A DNA stretch of 63,941 nucleotides, counting the filler, from Methanobacteriota archaeon (GTDB lineage Archaea > JACRDV01), in the NCBI GenBank assembly GCA_024860865.1. It is 7 parts of 7 records of this genome, joined end to end, with 100 filler letters (N's around TTAATTAATTAA, not from the genome) between each part and the next. Parts side by side here need not be neighbours in the genome. Positions count along the whole stretch, not along the records: positions 9,620 to 30,034 come from JACRDV010000031.1; 6 more parts are not named here. One strand, given 5' to 3'. Of the stretch, positions 19,531 through 29,525 are shown one piece after another. How positions within the stretch are numbered: position 1 is the stretch's first letter; the number at the start of each line of letters is the position of its first letter. The notes beneath the pieces were generated by a model. That model ran no database searches, was not told the origin of the DNA, and saw nothing but the letters and a program-made list of their open reading frames with translations. Made by a program: the position numbers and the translations under genes.

Positions 19531-19577
19531 TTGCAATGACTCCAGCTGAAACCTTTTAGGAAGGCTCGAGGAGGCAA
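19531..19577 (+). promoter_or_regulatory. Putative SECIS element in the 5' leader of the hdrA-mvhD operon
   Basis: TTGC-A-ATGA-CTCCAGCT-GAAA-CCT-TTT-AGG-AA-GGCTCGAG-GA-G-GCAA; ATGA-to-GA spacing is 31 nt versus 32 in the other two copies. Confidence 0.6.
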
Positions 19578-19648
19578 TTTGCACCAAATGAGTTCGACCG
19601 ACCCTATGGGAAAACTGTTTATTTATGGAGCATTATCGAGATGAAAAA

Positions 19649-22600
19649 ATGACATTGAACCCAAAAACATCGGTGCTAGTAATTGGCGGTGGAGTTGCAG
19701 GCATTTATGCTTCCCTTGAGCTAGCCAAACAAGGCTATAGAGTCCACCTCGTTGAAAGAGAACCAACTATTGGAGGACGTTTGGCCCAAGTTTTTAAGGT
19801 ATTTCCGACCGATGAGTGCGCTGCATGACCATTAACACCACTGATGGCAGAGGCAGCCAGCCACCCAAATGTAACATTGTATACCCTTTCTGAAGTCAAA
19901 GAAGTCAATGGCAGAGCTGGCGACTTTAAGGTTAAAATCTTAAAACATCCGAGATACGTTGACGAAACAAAGTGCACAGGTTGCGGGGCATGTTATGAGG
20001 TTTGCCCAGTTGAAGTTCCAAATGAATTTGATATGGGTTTGGGCGTACGGAAAGCAATATACGTTCCATTTCCACAAGCAGTTCCACTAACTCGAGCAAT
20101 AGATAAAGAGCACTGTGTAAATTGCAGAATGTGCATTGGAAGGTGCAAACCTAAAGCAATTGATTACGATATGCAACCTCAATTAGTCGAAGTTAATGTC
20201 GGCTCAATAATCGTTACAACTGGGTACGATGAGTTCAAGCCAGATATAAGGAAAGAACTTGGATATGGCATTTACCAAAATGTTATAACAACTCTTGAAT
20301 TCGAGCGTTTGGCCCATGCAACTGGTCCAACTGAAGGACACATAGTCAGACCTTCTGATGGAAAAGCTCCTCAAAGAGTCATATTTGTGCAGTGCGTCGG
20401 AGCTAGAGATCTTAAGATTAACAAAGCGTTTTGCAATAAAGCTTGTTGCATGTATGGAATGAAAAATGCTGGCATTGTAAAGATGCACTATCCCGATGCA
20501 GAGGTTTATGTTTCTTACATAGATATCAGAGCAGCAGGAAAACTTTTCGAAGAATTCTATCAAGCTAGAAAAGACCAATGGGGCATTAAGTTCGTAAAGG
20601 GTCGAGCTTCAAAAATCGTCGAGGACCCAAACACAAAGAACCTTATTGTGTCATTAGTTGATATGCAAACTGGCGATATAAGAAAACTCGAAGCGGATTT
20701 GGTCGTTCTAGTTGCTGCCTTTGAGCCGGCAAAAGGGACCGAAGAAATTGCAAAAATTCTTGGGCTTAAAATCGCAGAAGATGGATTTTTTGAGGAAAAA
20801 CATGCTGTTGTAGCTCCGAATGAAACAGCTATCTCCGGAATTTACCTCGGAGGCGTTAGTCAAGGTCCTAAAGATACTCCAGATTCAATTTGTCATGCAA
20901 GAGGTGCAGCCTCAGCATCAACGCTCAACCTAGGAATTCCACCTCAATTAAAAGAAGTTGAAGTAAAACCAGAATTTGAGTTGTCAGAAGAACCAAAAAT
21001 AGGCGTTTTTGTCTGCCACTGTGGTGGAAATATCTCAAACTATGCAAATGTTCAGGAACTCAGAGAATATGCAGAAAAATTGCCAAGCGTTGCAGTTGCT
21101 AAAGATTATGTGTTCATGTGCTCAGAGCCTGGCCAAAAATTGATCAAAGAAACAATTGCTGAGAAAAAGTTGAATAGAATAACGGTAGCCGCTTGCACAC
21201 CAAGAGTTCATGAGCTTACCTTCAGAAAGTGTTTAATAGGAGCTGGACTCGATCCCTACTACTTCGAGCTTGTCAATATTAGAGATCAAGATTCACTAGT
21301 CCATATGAATCAACCGAAAGAAGCCACTGAAAAAGCAAAAGACTTAATTCGCTCTGGAGTTGCAAGAGTTGTTAAACTTGAGTCAGTTCCATCAAGAGAA
21401 ATCAAAGTTCAGCAAGTCGCTTTGATTATTGGCGCAGGCATAAGTGGAATACACTCAGCGCTAGACCTTGCAAATAGAGGCTTCAAAGTTTATTTAATTG
21501 AGCGCGAAGCTGAGATCGGCGGCCGAATGAAAAAGTTATACAAAACATTCCCAACAAACGATGAGACAGAAAGGCTATTAAAACCACTTATTGAAGAAGT
21601 CAAAAATCATTCCAATATCAAGTTGCTAACCTCTACAGAAGTAATAAGCTCAAGCGGAACCATCGGTGACTTTGCTGTGATAGTGAAACAGGGTTCTAAA
21701 GAAATAGAGCTTAAAGTTGGCGTAATAATTCTAGCTACTGGTACATCAGAATACGAACCAGCGCACGGTGAGTTTGGATACAAAATAAATCCAAATGTTA
21801 TAACCCAGCTTGAACTTGAGCAGCAATTAAAAGAAGGGAAGTTCGAAAAACCAAACAATGTCATAATGATACAATGTGTTGGTTCAAGGCAAAAAGAGGG
21901 GAATAAATACTGCTCTAGAATTTGCTGTAACGTAGCTCTGAAGAATGCAATGATTATCAGAGAGAAATATCCAGAAGCAAACGTGTATATTCTCTACAGA
22001 GACTTAAGGGCCTATGGCAGACGGATGGAAGAGTATTATCAGAAAGTACAAGAAATGGGCGTTATGTTCATTGAATATGATTCTGAAAAGCCGCCTGAAG
22101 TTACTGAAGATCCTTCCACAAAAGAGCTAATTGTTAAAGTCGAAGATGCTGTTATCAGAAGAACAATTGAAATTCCTGCAGACAAAGTTGTTCTTTCCGT
22201 CGGCACCGTTCCACAGAAAGGAATTGAAAGAGCCTGTGAGCTGTTTGGAATTACAAGAACTGCAGATGGATTTCTTGAAGAAGTTCACTTAAAACTTGAG
22301 CCGAATGCCACAAGAGCTCCTGGAGTTTACATAGCCGGTTCTGCTGCTTTTCCAAAAGACATACCGGATTCAATATCAATGGGAAGAGCTGCCGCGTCTG
22401 TTGCATCAATTCCACTAGTAAACGGTTTGGTAAAACTTGAATTGGTAACAGCATTAGTTGATGAAAAAATTTGCGTGGGCTGTGGGATCTGTGAAACAAT
22501 TTGTCCATTCGAGGCAATTAGAATCGAAGAAACCCCAAAGGGAAAAGTTGCCGTAGTAAACGAAGTTAAATGCAAAGGCTGTGGCCAATGTGTTGCTGCA

Positions 22601-22681
22601 TGCCCGATTGGAGCTATGAGTTTACGTTACTGGAGAGATGAACAAATACTAGCATCGTTAGAGGCACTTTTAGCGGAGTAG
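19649..22681 (+). CDS. hdrA: Selenocysteine-containing HdrA with two FAD modules (about 1010 aa)
   Basis: ORFs 19625 and 19844 are in frame; TGA 19826-19828 lies in [13 protein letters not shown], the known HdrA Sec site. Confidence 0.92.
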
Positions 22682-22692
22682 GAGTGAATTAA

Positions 22693-23097
22693 ATGGTCAA
22701 TGAAAGAATTGTTATATTTGCTTGTATGAAATGAGGTTATGCAGCAGCGGATTTAGCCGGCACAATGAAACTTCAATATAATCCATCCGTTCGGATGTTA
22801 AGATTACCTTGCACTGGACGAGTTGATGTTCTTCACGTCTTAAAGGCCTTTGAGTTAGGTGCAGATGGAGTTATGGTCGTTGCATGTAAAAAAGGAGAGT
22901 GCGCCTTCGAGACCGGAAACTTAGCTGCAGAGAGAAGGATAATGTTTGTTAAAAAATTATTAAATCAACTTGGACTTGGGAGCGATCGAGTCAACATTTA
23001 TTTTTTGTCTTCGGGAGAAGCGGATAAATTTGTAGCTGCAGTTAAAGATATGGTTGAAAAAGTTAAAAAACTTGGACCTAGCCCATTGAAGAAGTAA
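22693..23097 (+). CDS. mvhD: Selenocysteine-containing MvhD/VhuD (134 aa)
   Basis: ATG 22693 after GGAGTGA; FACMK-U-GYAAADLAG with TGA at 22732-22734; PCTGRV, CKKGEC. Confidence 0.92.
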
Positions 23098-23108
23098 AGA
23101 GTGAGAAT

Positions 23109-25475
23109 ATGACAAAGGTTGCAGCATTTGTATGTAGTTGCGGTGAAGAAATTTCAAAGAATGTTGATGTAGATGCTGTAGTTGAGCACATCAAAAAAAT
23201 GCCATCTGTTATTGCGGTTAAACATGACTCTTTATGTTTACCTTCTGGAAAAGAAGTTATTCAAGAAACTCTTGCTAGAGAAGATGCAGAAAGGGTTGTT
23301 ATTGCAGGATGTTCTCCGAAGTTAAATGAAATTTTGTTTAAAAGGGTGTTAAAAGACTCGAAGCTAAACCCATATTTATTAGAAATGGCAAATATTAGGG
23401 AGCAATGTGCATGGGTCCATCCTGATAAGAAAAATGCTACTGACAAAGCTAAGGCTTTAGTTTCCGCTGCAATTGAAAAAGCTATGAAACTTGAACCTAT
23501 CGAAAGCGCAAGCTTTACAGTGAATAATTCTGTTTTAATCATTGGAGCAGGAGTTGCTGGAATCCAGGCAGCAGTTGATTTAGCTGACCAAGGTTTTAAA
23601 GTTTATTTAGTTGATAGAAACCCGACTATCGGTGGCAATACAAACCGACTCTATATGGCTTTCCCAACTGATGATTGTATATTTTGTGTTGCGTCTTCAA
23701 AAATTTTGCCGGGAATCAGAAAGTGCTTGTATAGGTCTAGTTTAACTTTACATCCGAATATTGAAGTGTTAACTTACTCTGAAATTAAAAAACTTGAAGG
23801 TTCGGTAGGAAATTTTAGAGCAACTATTGAGAAGAAACCTAAGTTTGTTGATGAAAGACTTTGTATTGCTTGTGGGCGATGCTCAGAGGTCTGTCCAATT
23901 GAAGTCCCTAATGAGTTTAACTTTGGTATGAATAAAAGAAAAGCAATTTACATTCCTTTCTCAAACGCAATGCCTTTTACCTATATAATCGACGAAAAAA
24001 ACTGCAAATTCGAGGCTTGTGGAAAATGCAGAAATATTTGTCCAACTAGGGCTATCAATTTCGATCAAACAACAACTGAATTAGAACTTAAAACAGGAGC
24101 AGTTATTGTGGCAATTGGCTTTGAAGAGTATGTGCCGGATAAAATAAGTGAATATGGGTTTGGAATTTACAAAAATGTTGTAACCCAGTCTTATCTTGCG
24201 CGAATGCTCGATCCAACTGGCCCTACTCACGGGAAAACAGTTAGGCTTTCTGATGGAGAGGAAGCTAAAAGAATTTTAATGATTCAATGTGTTGGATCGC
24301 GCGATAAAAAAACTAATTGGTATTGCTCCGGCATTTGTTGTATGTTTGCTCTAAAACACGCCATTTTGATGAAAGAAAAGAATCCTGATACCGATATAAT
24401 AATCTCCTATATGGATATCCGTACTCCTGGTGATTATGAAAGCTACTACAATAAAGCTAGAGAATTGGGTGTAACTTTTCTTAGAGGAAGGCCTGCAGAA
24501 ATAGCTGAAGATCCTCAAACCAAGCAAGTAATTGCCAAGATTGAAGATACTGTATCGGGCGGAACGGCTGAGTATCCTGTAGATCTAGTTGTATTATCAT
24601 CTGCTCTTGTCCCATCAAAAGGAACTGAAGACTTGGCTAAAATCCTGAAAATTGAAGTTAATGGAGAAACTGGTTTTGTTAAGCAACTCTATCCAAAGTT
24701 AAAGACGGTTGATACACGAATAAAAGGTATTTATGTTTGCGGAGCAGCCACTGGACCAAAAGACATCCCCCAGTCAGTAACTGAAGGCAGTGCAGCCGCA
24801 TCTAGAACTGCTTCGATCCTAACTCAAGGGACGTCAAGAGATTTAGCTATTGCAGTTGTTGATGAAAATGCATGCATTGGTTGTGAAATATGCGAGAAAG
24901 TTTGCCCACATCTTGCTATTAGAATGATTGCAAAAGATGAAAAAAAGATTGCGCAAGTCAGCGCGCTAGAGTGCAATGGATGTGGGGTTTGTTCAGCTAA
25001 TTGTTTGATTGGAGCTATTCAATTAAAGCATTCTGGGTTAGAACAACTTTTCTCTTATCTTAGCGGATTATTAACCGAAGTAAAAAAGAATGGGCTTAGG
25101 CCAATTATCATTTGTTTTGCATGCGATGAATGCGGATATGCTGCAATCGATGTTGCCGGCATAAATAAATTGCAATATCCAGCAAATGCCTTCGTAGTTA
25201 GAGTACCTTGTTTAGGCAGAATTTCAGCTCTGGAGATATTCAAAGCCCTGGAGGGAGGAGCTGATGGTGTTCTGTTAGTTGGGTGTATGCCGGATAGGTG
25301 CCACTATGTTAGAGGGAATCAATGGTCTCAAGTTCATCTTGAAATAACTAAAGCTATACTTAGAGCAATCGGTCTAAACGAGAATAAAGTCAATATGTGT
25401 ACCTTGCTTTCAGCTGAACCTACCAAATTTGTGGATGCTATAAATGAGATGATCAAAAATTTAAGCAGTAGTTGA
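23109..25475 (+). CDS. hdrA: HdrA-MvhD fusion (QmoB-like architecture), all-Cys version
   Basis: FVCSCG, NIREQCAWVH, GAGVAG, FPTDDCIFC; C-terminal FACDECGYAA...PCLGR. Confidence 0.88.
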   Translation: MTKVAAFVCSCGEEISKNVDVDAVVEHIKKMPSVIAVKHDSLCLPSGKEVIQETLAREDAERVVIAGCSPKLNEILFKRVLKDSKLNPYLLEMANIREQCAWVHPDKKNATDKAKALVSAAIEKAMKLEPIESASFTVNNSVLIIGAGVAGIQAAVDLADQGFKVYLVDRNPTIGGNTNRLYMAFPTDDCIFCVASSKILPGIRKCLYRSSLTLHPNIEVLTYSEIKKLEGSVGNFRATIEKKPKFVDERLCIACGRCSEVCPIEVPNEFNFGMNKRKAIYIPFSNAMPFTYIIDEKNCKFEACGKCRNICPTRAINFDQTTTELELKTGAVIVAIGFEEYVPDKISEYGFGIYKNVVTQSYLARMLDPTGPTHGKTVRLSDGEEAKRILMIQCVGSRDKKTNWYCSGICCMFALKHAILMKEKNPDTDIIISYMDIRTPGDYESYYNKARELGVTFLRGRPAEIAEDPQTKQVIAKIEDTVSGGTAEYPVDLVVLSSALVPSKGTEDLAKILKIEVNGETGFVKQLYPKLKTVDTRIKGIYVCGAATGPKDIPQSVTEGSAAASRTASILTQGTSRDLAIAVVDENACIGCEICEKVCPHLAIRMIAKDEKKIAQVSALECNGCGVCSANCLIGAIQLKHSGLEQLFSYLSGLLTEVKKNGLRPIIICFACDECGYAAIDVAGINKLQYPANAFVVRVPCLGRISALEIFKALEGGADGVLLVGCMPDRCHYVRGNQWSQVHLEITKAILRAIGLNENKVNMCTLLSAEPTKFVDAINEMIKNLSSS

Positions 25476-26917
25476 TATTCATGGAAAAACGAGAAACAAT
25501 CCTTGAGATAATAAAGAACTTTGCAGGAATAGAAAGAGCTGTAAAGCCAATTATTGATGTTAAGAAAGAATTGATAACAACTCAAAACGAATTATCAAAA
25601 CTAATATTGTCGCTTGAATCCTTTAAGGCAGGATATGCCTCAGAATTTAACTCTTTATTAATTAAAGAATTAGTTAAAAAAATAAAGGCTCCTGAGATTT
25701 TAGATATTTTAAAAACTTTTGCAGAAAAAGAGAAACTCCAAGAATTAATCGATATTGTTGTTTCTATTAAACAAGAAAAAGAGCGCGAAAAAGAAAAAGC
25801 AATAGAAACAACAAAAAAAGTAAATGTTTTGGTTAAAAAATTTTCTGACTATATCTCCAGCGCATCATTTGATGAATTATCAAAAAAAATGAAAGAGATA
25901 TACGATCTAATTAATTATCCTAGAGTGTTAACTGTTTCTGCAGTATTTCAAAAATTACATAGAGAGAAAAAAATCTCTGACCAAAAATTTCGAGAACTTT
26001 TTAAGGATGAAATCCTTTTGCAACTAGAAAGAGGCTCTATACTATTTGCTTTAGATAGAATAGGTCATATGACCTCGATTAAGGTATTTGAAACAACTGG
26101 AATTCTGCCGGACAAGGCTTATAAACACTTATGCGTTCTTAAGCGCGAAAATAAGATTCAGATTATTAGCGAAGAGAATGGCCATGAAGTGTTTGCAGCA
26201 GTTAAAGCACTTTCACCTGAAGAAGCTTCGTTAAAACAAATTTGTTTAAAAGCTATTGTTATTGGAGAAGAAATACTAAATTTAAAAACAAGGTCAGCTA
26301 ATCTGAATGTTGAAGTTATTGGTGAAGTCTTAAGGTCAATTGATAATATTCAAAGCCAACTAACTGAGCTGAGTCAAACGACAATCGCAGGTGTTATACT
26401 ATCCAAAAACGCAATCGAAAAAACGCTCTTAGATGTTAAGCAGTTAAGAGCTCATTTAGGAGGATTTATAGAAAAAATTCCAACTAAACCGCGAGTTAGC
26501 ATAGAAACACTAAAAGCATTCGAAGTTCCGGAAGGCCTTGAAGGATATGGATTAGTTAAATGGGAATTTGAAAAATGTATTGGTTGTAGGATTTGCATCG
26601 ATGTTTGCCCGCATAAAGCTCTTAACTTTAACACGCTACTTCCTTTATCTGAGGCAATTGCTGCGGTTGAAAAATTTCCGGAAGACAAAAAACTAAAAAA
26701 GAAAGCATTGTTTTTTGATATGATCAAAAAGCTTGCTGTAAAAATACCGACTGAACCAATCAAGTTTCCAGAAATAGCATTTGGCTATGGAAAAGTCGAA
26801 TATGACCTTTTAAAATGCCTTGCTTGTAAGAATTGTGAGCAAAGCTGTCCATTGGATGCAATTAAAGTAATGCCTATTTTTGACCTCCCATCTCTAATGG
26901 TTCCTTCCAAAAAGTAG
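25472..26917 (+). CDS. Uncharacterised helical/winged-helix protein with a C-terminal 2x[4Fe-4S] domain
   Basis: CIGCRICIDVCP and CLACKNCEQSCP; start overlaps the hdrA-mvhD stop. Confidence 0.75.
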   Translation: MIFMEKRETILEIIKNFAGIERAVKPIIDVKKELITTQNELSKLILSLESFKAGYASEFNSLLIKELVKKIKAPEILDILKTFAEKEKLQELIDIVVSIKQEKEREKEKAIETTKKVNVLVKKFSDYISSASFDELSKKMKEIYDLINYPRVLTVSAVFQKLHREKKISDQKFRELFKDEILLQLERGSILFALDRIGHMTSIKVFETTGILPDKAYKHLCVLKRENKIQIISEENGHEVFAAVKALSPEEASLKQICLKAIVIGEEILNLKTRSANLNVEVIGEVLRSIDNIQSQLTELSQTTIAGVILSKNAIEKTLLDVKQLRAHLGGFIEKIPTKPRVSIETLKAFEVPEGLEGYGLVKWEFEKCIGCRICIDVCPHKALNFNTLLPLSEAIAAVEKFPEDKKLKKKALFFDMIKKLAVKIPTEPIKFPEIAFGYGKVEYDLLKCLACKNCEQSCPLDAIKVMPIFDLPSLMVPSKK

Positions 26918-26937
26918 TTTCTGATTCATATTCATAA

Positions 26938-27198
26938 TTATTTTCGTTTTCTGTAAAAAGAGTATCCGCATCCAATGACTATATCCTGCGGTTCATAAGG
27001 AAATTCTCTGCATGATTTAGGTCTGGTATTATATATCCGGCAAAAAGCCAAATCGCCTTTATAAAATAAAAAGGGGCACATTATGCCAATGGCACAACAT
27101 TTACCACATCTTTTACATTCTCCTATGCGAGAGTAACCATCTGGTTTAAATCCCAAATATATTCGCACGAACTTGCTAATTTTCCATAATTTAGCCAA
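26938..27198 (-). CDS. YkgJ-like Cys-cluster protein
   Basis: CKRCGKCC...CPFL...CRIYNTRPKSCREFP. Confidence 0.75.
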   Translation of the reverse strand: MAKLWKISKFVRIYLGFKPDGYSRIGECKRCGKCCAIGIMCPFLFYKGDLAFCRIYNTRPKSCREFPYEPQDIVIGCGYSFYRKRK

Positions 27199-27274
27199 AA
27201 TGGTTCCTCTAAAGTTAATTTCACAATTTAGGGTAATAGTATTATTGTTTTTAATTCTTGCAAAGGATTAACTT

Positions 27275-28009
27275 TTACTTTTCCTCTTTTTCAAAAACAT
27301 TTTTCGGCTCCTTTGGAGGATACCCGAGATCCACTAAAAGCGGCACCTTCAGTCCCTTTGCATCCGTTGCTTTAAGTCCATTTAAAAACGTATCCGCGTC
27401 TCTAAATGGCATAAAAAATGTTAGCTCATCAGTTTGGAATTTTCCGTATATTCTTGCTCCAGAACAAGGCAATACTAAATTTGGTTTGCCATTATTGTAT
27501 ACATACACTGGACCATAAGCACAAGGAGTTGCATTTGGCCCAATTACAAAATTTATATTTTCGCCAGTCTCATGGACATACGCATGTACGCAACGCATTG
27601 CTTGCCAAGCATTAACAAAAAGAGCAATAAGATCGGGTGTAAAGCGCACTTTACTTAGAGGCCCAACTATTATACCTTTACTTTTTAGTTTTGGTTTTAA
27701 TTCAATCTCTTTTTTAGCTATTTCTTCATTTTTTGCGTATCTCATTTGACTTATTATGTTTTTTTCTTCTATCTCAGCCATGCCAAAACTTATTTTTTCA
27801 AATATGCAAGCTAGTTCCTCTTCTGTTGCACCAACAACATAGCCACCTGTGCTTGCAATCTTCAGCATTTGACATGAGTATATCTTCTTCTTTACCAATG
27901 CCACCCCTTTTAATTCGTTCTCATCCTTTACAAATTTCCAAGCGACTGGATATTGCTCTAGTCTCAACAATTCAGTAATATTTTGTTCTAACTCTCTATA
28001 ATTCGCCAT
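27275..28009 (-). CDS. DUF169 family protein
   Basis: PVAWK, SCQM, PCSGAR. Confidence 0.75.
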   Translation of the reverse strand: MANYRELEQNITELLRLEQYPVAWKFVKDENELKGVALVKKKIYSCQMLKIASTGGYVVGATEEELACIFEKISFGMAEIEEKNIISQMRYAKNEEIAKKEIELKPKLKSKGIIVGPLSKVRFTPDLIALFVNAWQAMRCVHAYVHETGENINFVIGPNATPCAYGPVYVYNNGKPNLVLPCSGARIYGKFQTDELTFFMPFRDADTFLNGLKATDAKGLKVPLLVDLGYPPKEPKNVFEKEEK

Positions 28010-28120
28010 GAAGATACCTTTTTAGTGATTATTCTGCAATAGACTTAAAAGTTCTCTTTTAAAATAAGTATAGTTTATATATTATTTTGATGATGAATGA
28101 GTCTAAAAATAACATAAATT

Positions 28121-28531
28121 GTGGGGAAAAAATTGAGTGACGATGAAATCAAAGAAATATTGAAATTAAAAAGTATCGCAGTAGTTGGTCTCTCAAAAGA
28201 CTCAAATAAACCTGCACATTATGTTCCCAAATATATGAAAGAAAAAGGCTATAAAATAATACCAGTTAACCCAACAGCGACTGAAATTTTAGGCGAAAAA
28301 TGCTATAAAAATTTAGTTGAAGTCCCAGAGAGCATTGATATAGTGAATGTTTTTAGGCCTTCTCAAGAAGCTTTGCCCATAGTAAAAGATGCGATAAAAA
28401 AGAAGGTCAAAGTAATTTGGATGCAAGAAGGCATAACTAACGAAGAAGCAGCACAAGAAGCGGTGAAAAATGGATTGAATGTTATCATGGACAAATGCAT
28501 AATGAAAGAACACAGAAAATTAATTGGGTAA
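28121..28531 (+). CDS. CoA-binding protein (YccU-like)
   Basis: IAVVGLS, IIPVNP, WMQEGI. Confidence 0.88.
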   Translation: MGKKLSDDEIKEILKLKSIAVVGLSKDSNKPAHYVPKYMKEKGYKIIPVNPTATEILGEKCYKNLVEVPESIDIVNVFRPSQEALPIVKDAIKKKVKVIWMQEGITNEEAAQEAVKNGLNVIMDKCIMKEHRKLIG

Positions 28532-28568
28532 TTGGAAAAATCGAATATAAATCTTCAGATTAGAGTAA

Positions 28569-28677
28569 TGGACCGGTCGGGATTTGAACCCGAGGCCTCT
28601 GCCTCTCTCGGTAGCTTGCGAGGGCAGCGATATTGGCCAGATTATTAACTCTGTCTTCCAGTCTGATCTACCGGCCC
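28569..28677 (-). tRNA. tRNA-Ala(CGC) with two introns (28632-28654 in the D-arm; 28605-28616 at 37/38)
   Basis: GGGCCGG acceptor stem with G3:U70, GGTTCAAATCC T-loop; removing the 23-nt and 12-nt BHB-flanked segments leaves a 74-nt cloverleaf. Confidence 0.88.
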
Positions 28678-29264
28678 TCAAATTAATTTCAGTTCTTTAT
28701 CAATTTAAAATTTGTCTAACTTTAGATTTGAATCCTTTCAAACCCCTTAATAACATTTCTTTGATATGGACTACATCATTCAAACCATAAGCAGGGACTG
28801 TTTTAATTTTTGGTTATAAGTTATTCATAGAATTCAAAAATCTATGAAGTTGCTAAACATAATTTGCTAATACAAAATAATGCGAAAAAACTTAAGACGA
28901 GAAAAGAAATTGAGAGAATTGGAACTGAAACTAACAAAATACTCTACCAAAGTTAACTGGCAACCACTATCTTTAATATAGCTAAGCAAACCATCAATAC
29001 AGCAAAACCTACTAAAGCCCAATTAATTTCTTGCTCCATGATTTTCTATCTCTGATATTTATAAAAACCTTATTTATCAAATCCAATATTAAAATAGTTT
29101 TTGCGACTATTTGTGGGTTGGTCAGACTATTATTTTAATAATTTTGTTGTTTAAATTAACAAACAAATTTAGCGGTAAATCCTCTACATTAAGCTTAAAA
29201 GCCAAGTAAAATAGAATATGTTTTATATTAGATACTGAAATTAATCACGAGGAGGTCTGATTAT

Positions 29265-29432
29265 ATGGCAATTGTTGTGGAAACAAGAGTTAGAGAGTTA
29301 TTTCCTGAAGGTATACGACTAGGCTCAGATGCTATCGAGGGATTAGATCAGATAGTGAAAGACCTTATAAAAAAAGCAGTTATGCGATGTGAAGCCAACG
29401 GAAGAAAAACTGTAAGAAAAGAAGACTTCTAA
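29265..29432 (+). CDS. Short histone-fold protein (55 aa), absent from the ORF track
   Basis: MAIVVETRVRELFPEGIRLGSDAIEGLDQIVKDLIKKAVMRCEANGRKTVRKEDF; GGAGG SD; T-rich tract after the stop. Confidence 0.9.
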   Translation: MAIVVETRVRELFPEGIRLGSDAIEGLDQIVKDLIKKAVMRCEANGRKTVRKEDF

Positions 29433-29525
29433 AAATTTTTCTTTCATTTTTCTTTTTTAAAAAAATTTATTAAAAAGTTTTTTCATGTATATTTACTCTG
29501 TAATTTTTTATTTCTAGTTAAAAAG

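Noticed and set aside
19531-19545. AATGACTCC resembling the 3' end of a fluoride riboswitch
   Set aside because: The upstream GGCGATGG-type half is missing and the gene context does not fit.
19588-19630. Second ATGA...CCC-TAT-GGG...GGAG element in the hdrA leader
   Set aside because: The stem between ATGA and GA pairs poorly and the spacing is longer; not supportable as a second SECIS.
2168-22734. In-frame TGAs as pseudogene lesions or a global UGA reassignment
   Set aside because: All four align to conserved Cys positions, Trp is encoded by TGG, and TGA ends many ordinary genes (e.g. trxA, trxB, relE).
28584-28790. 68-aa ORF here and the 69-aa ORF at 39680-39889
   Set aside because: Both overlap tRNA genes and are spurious.
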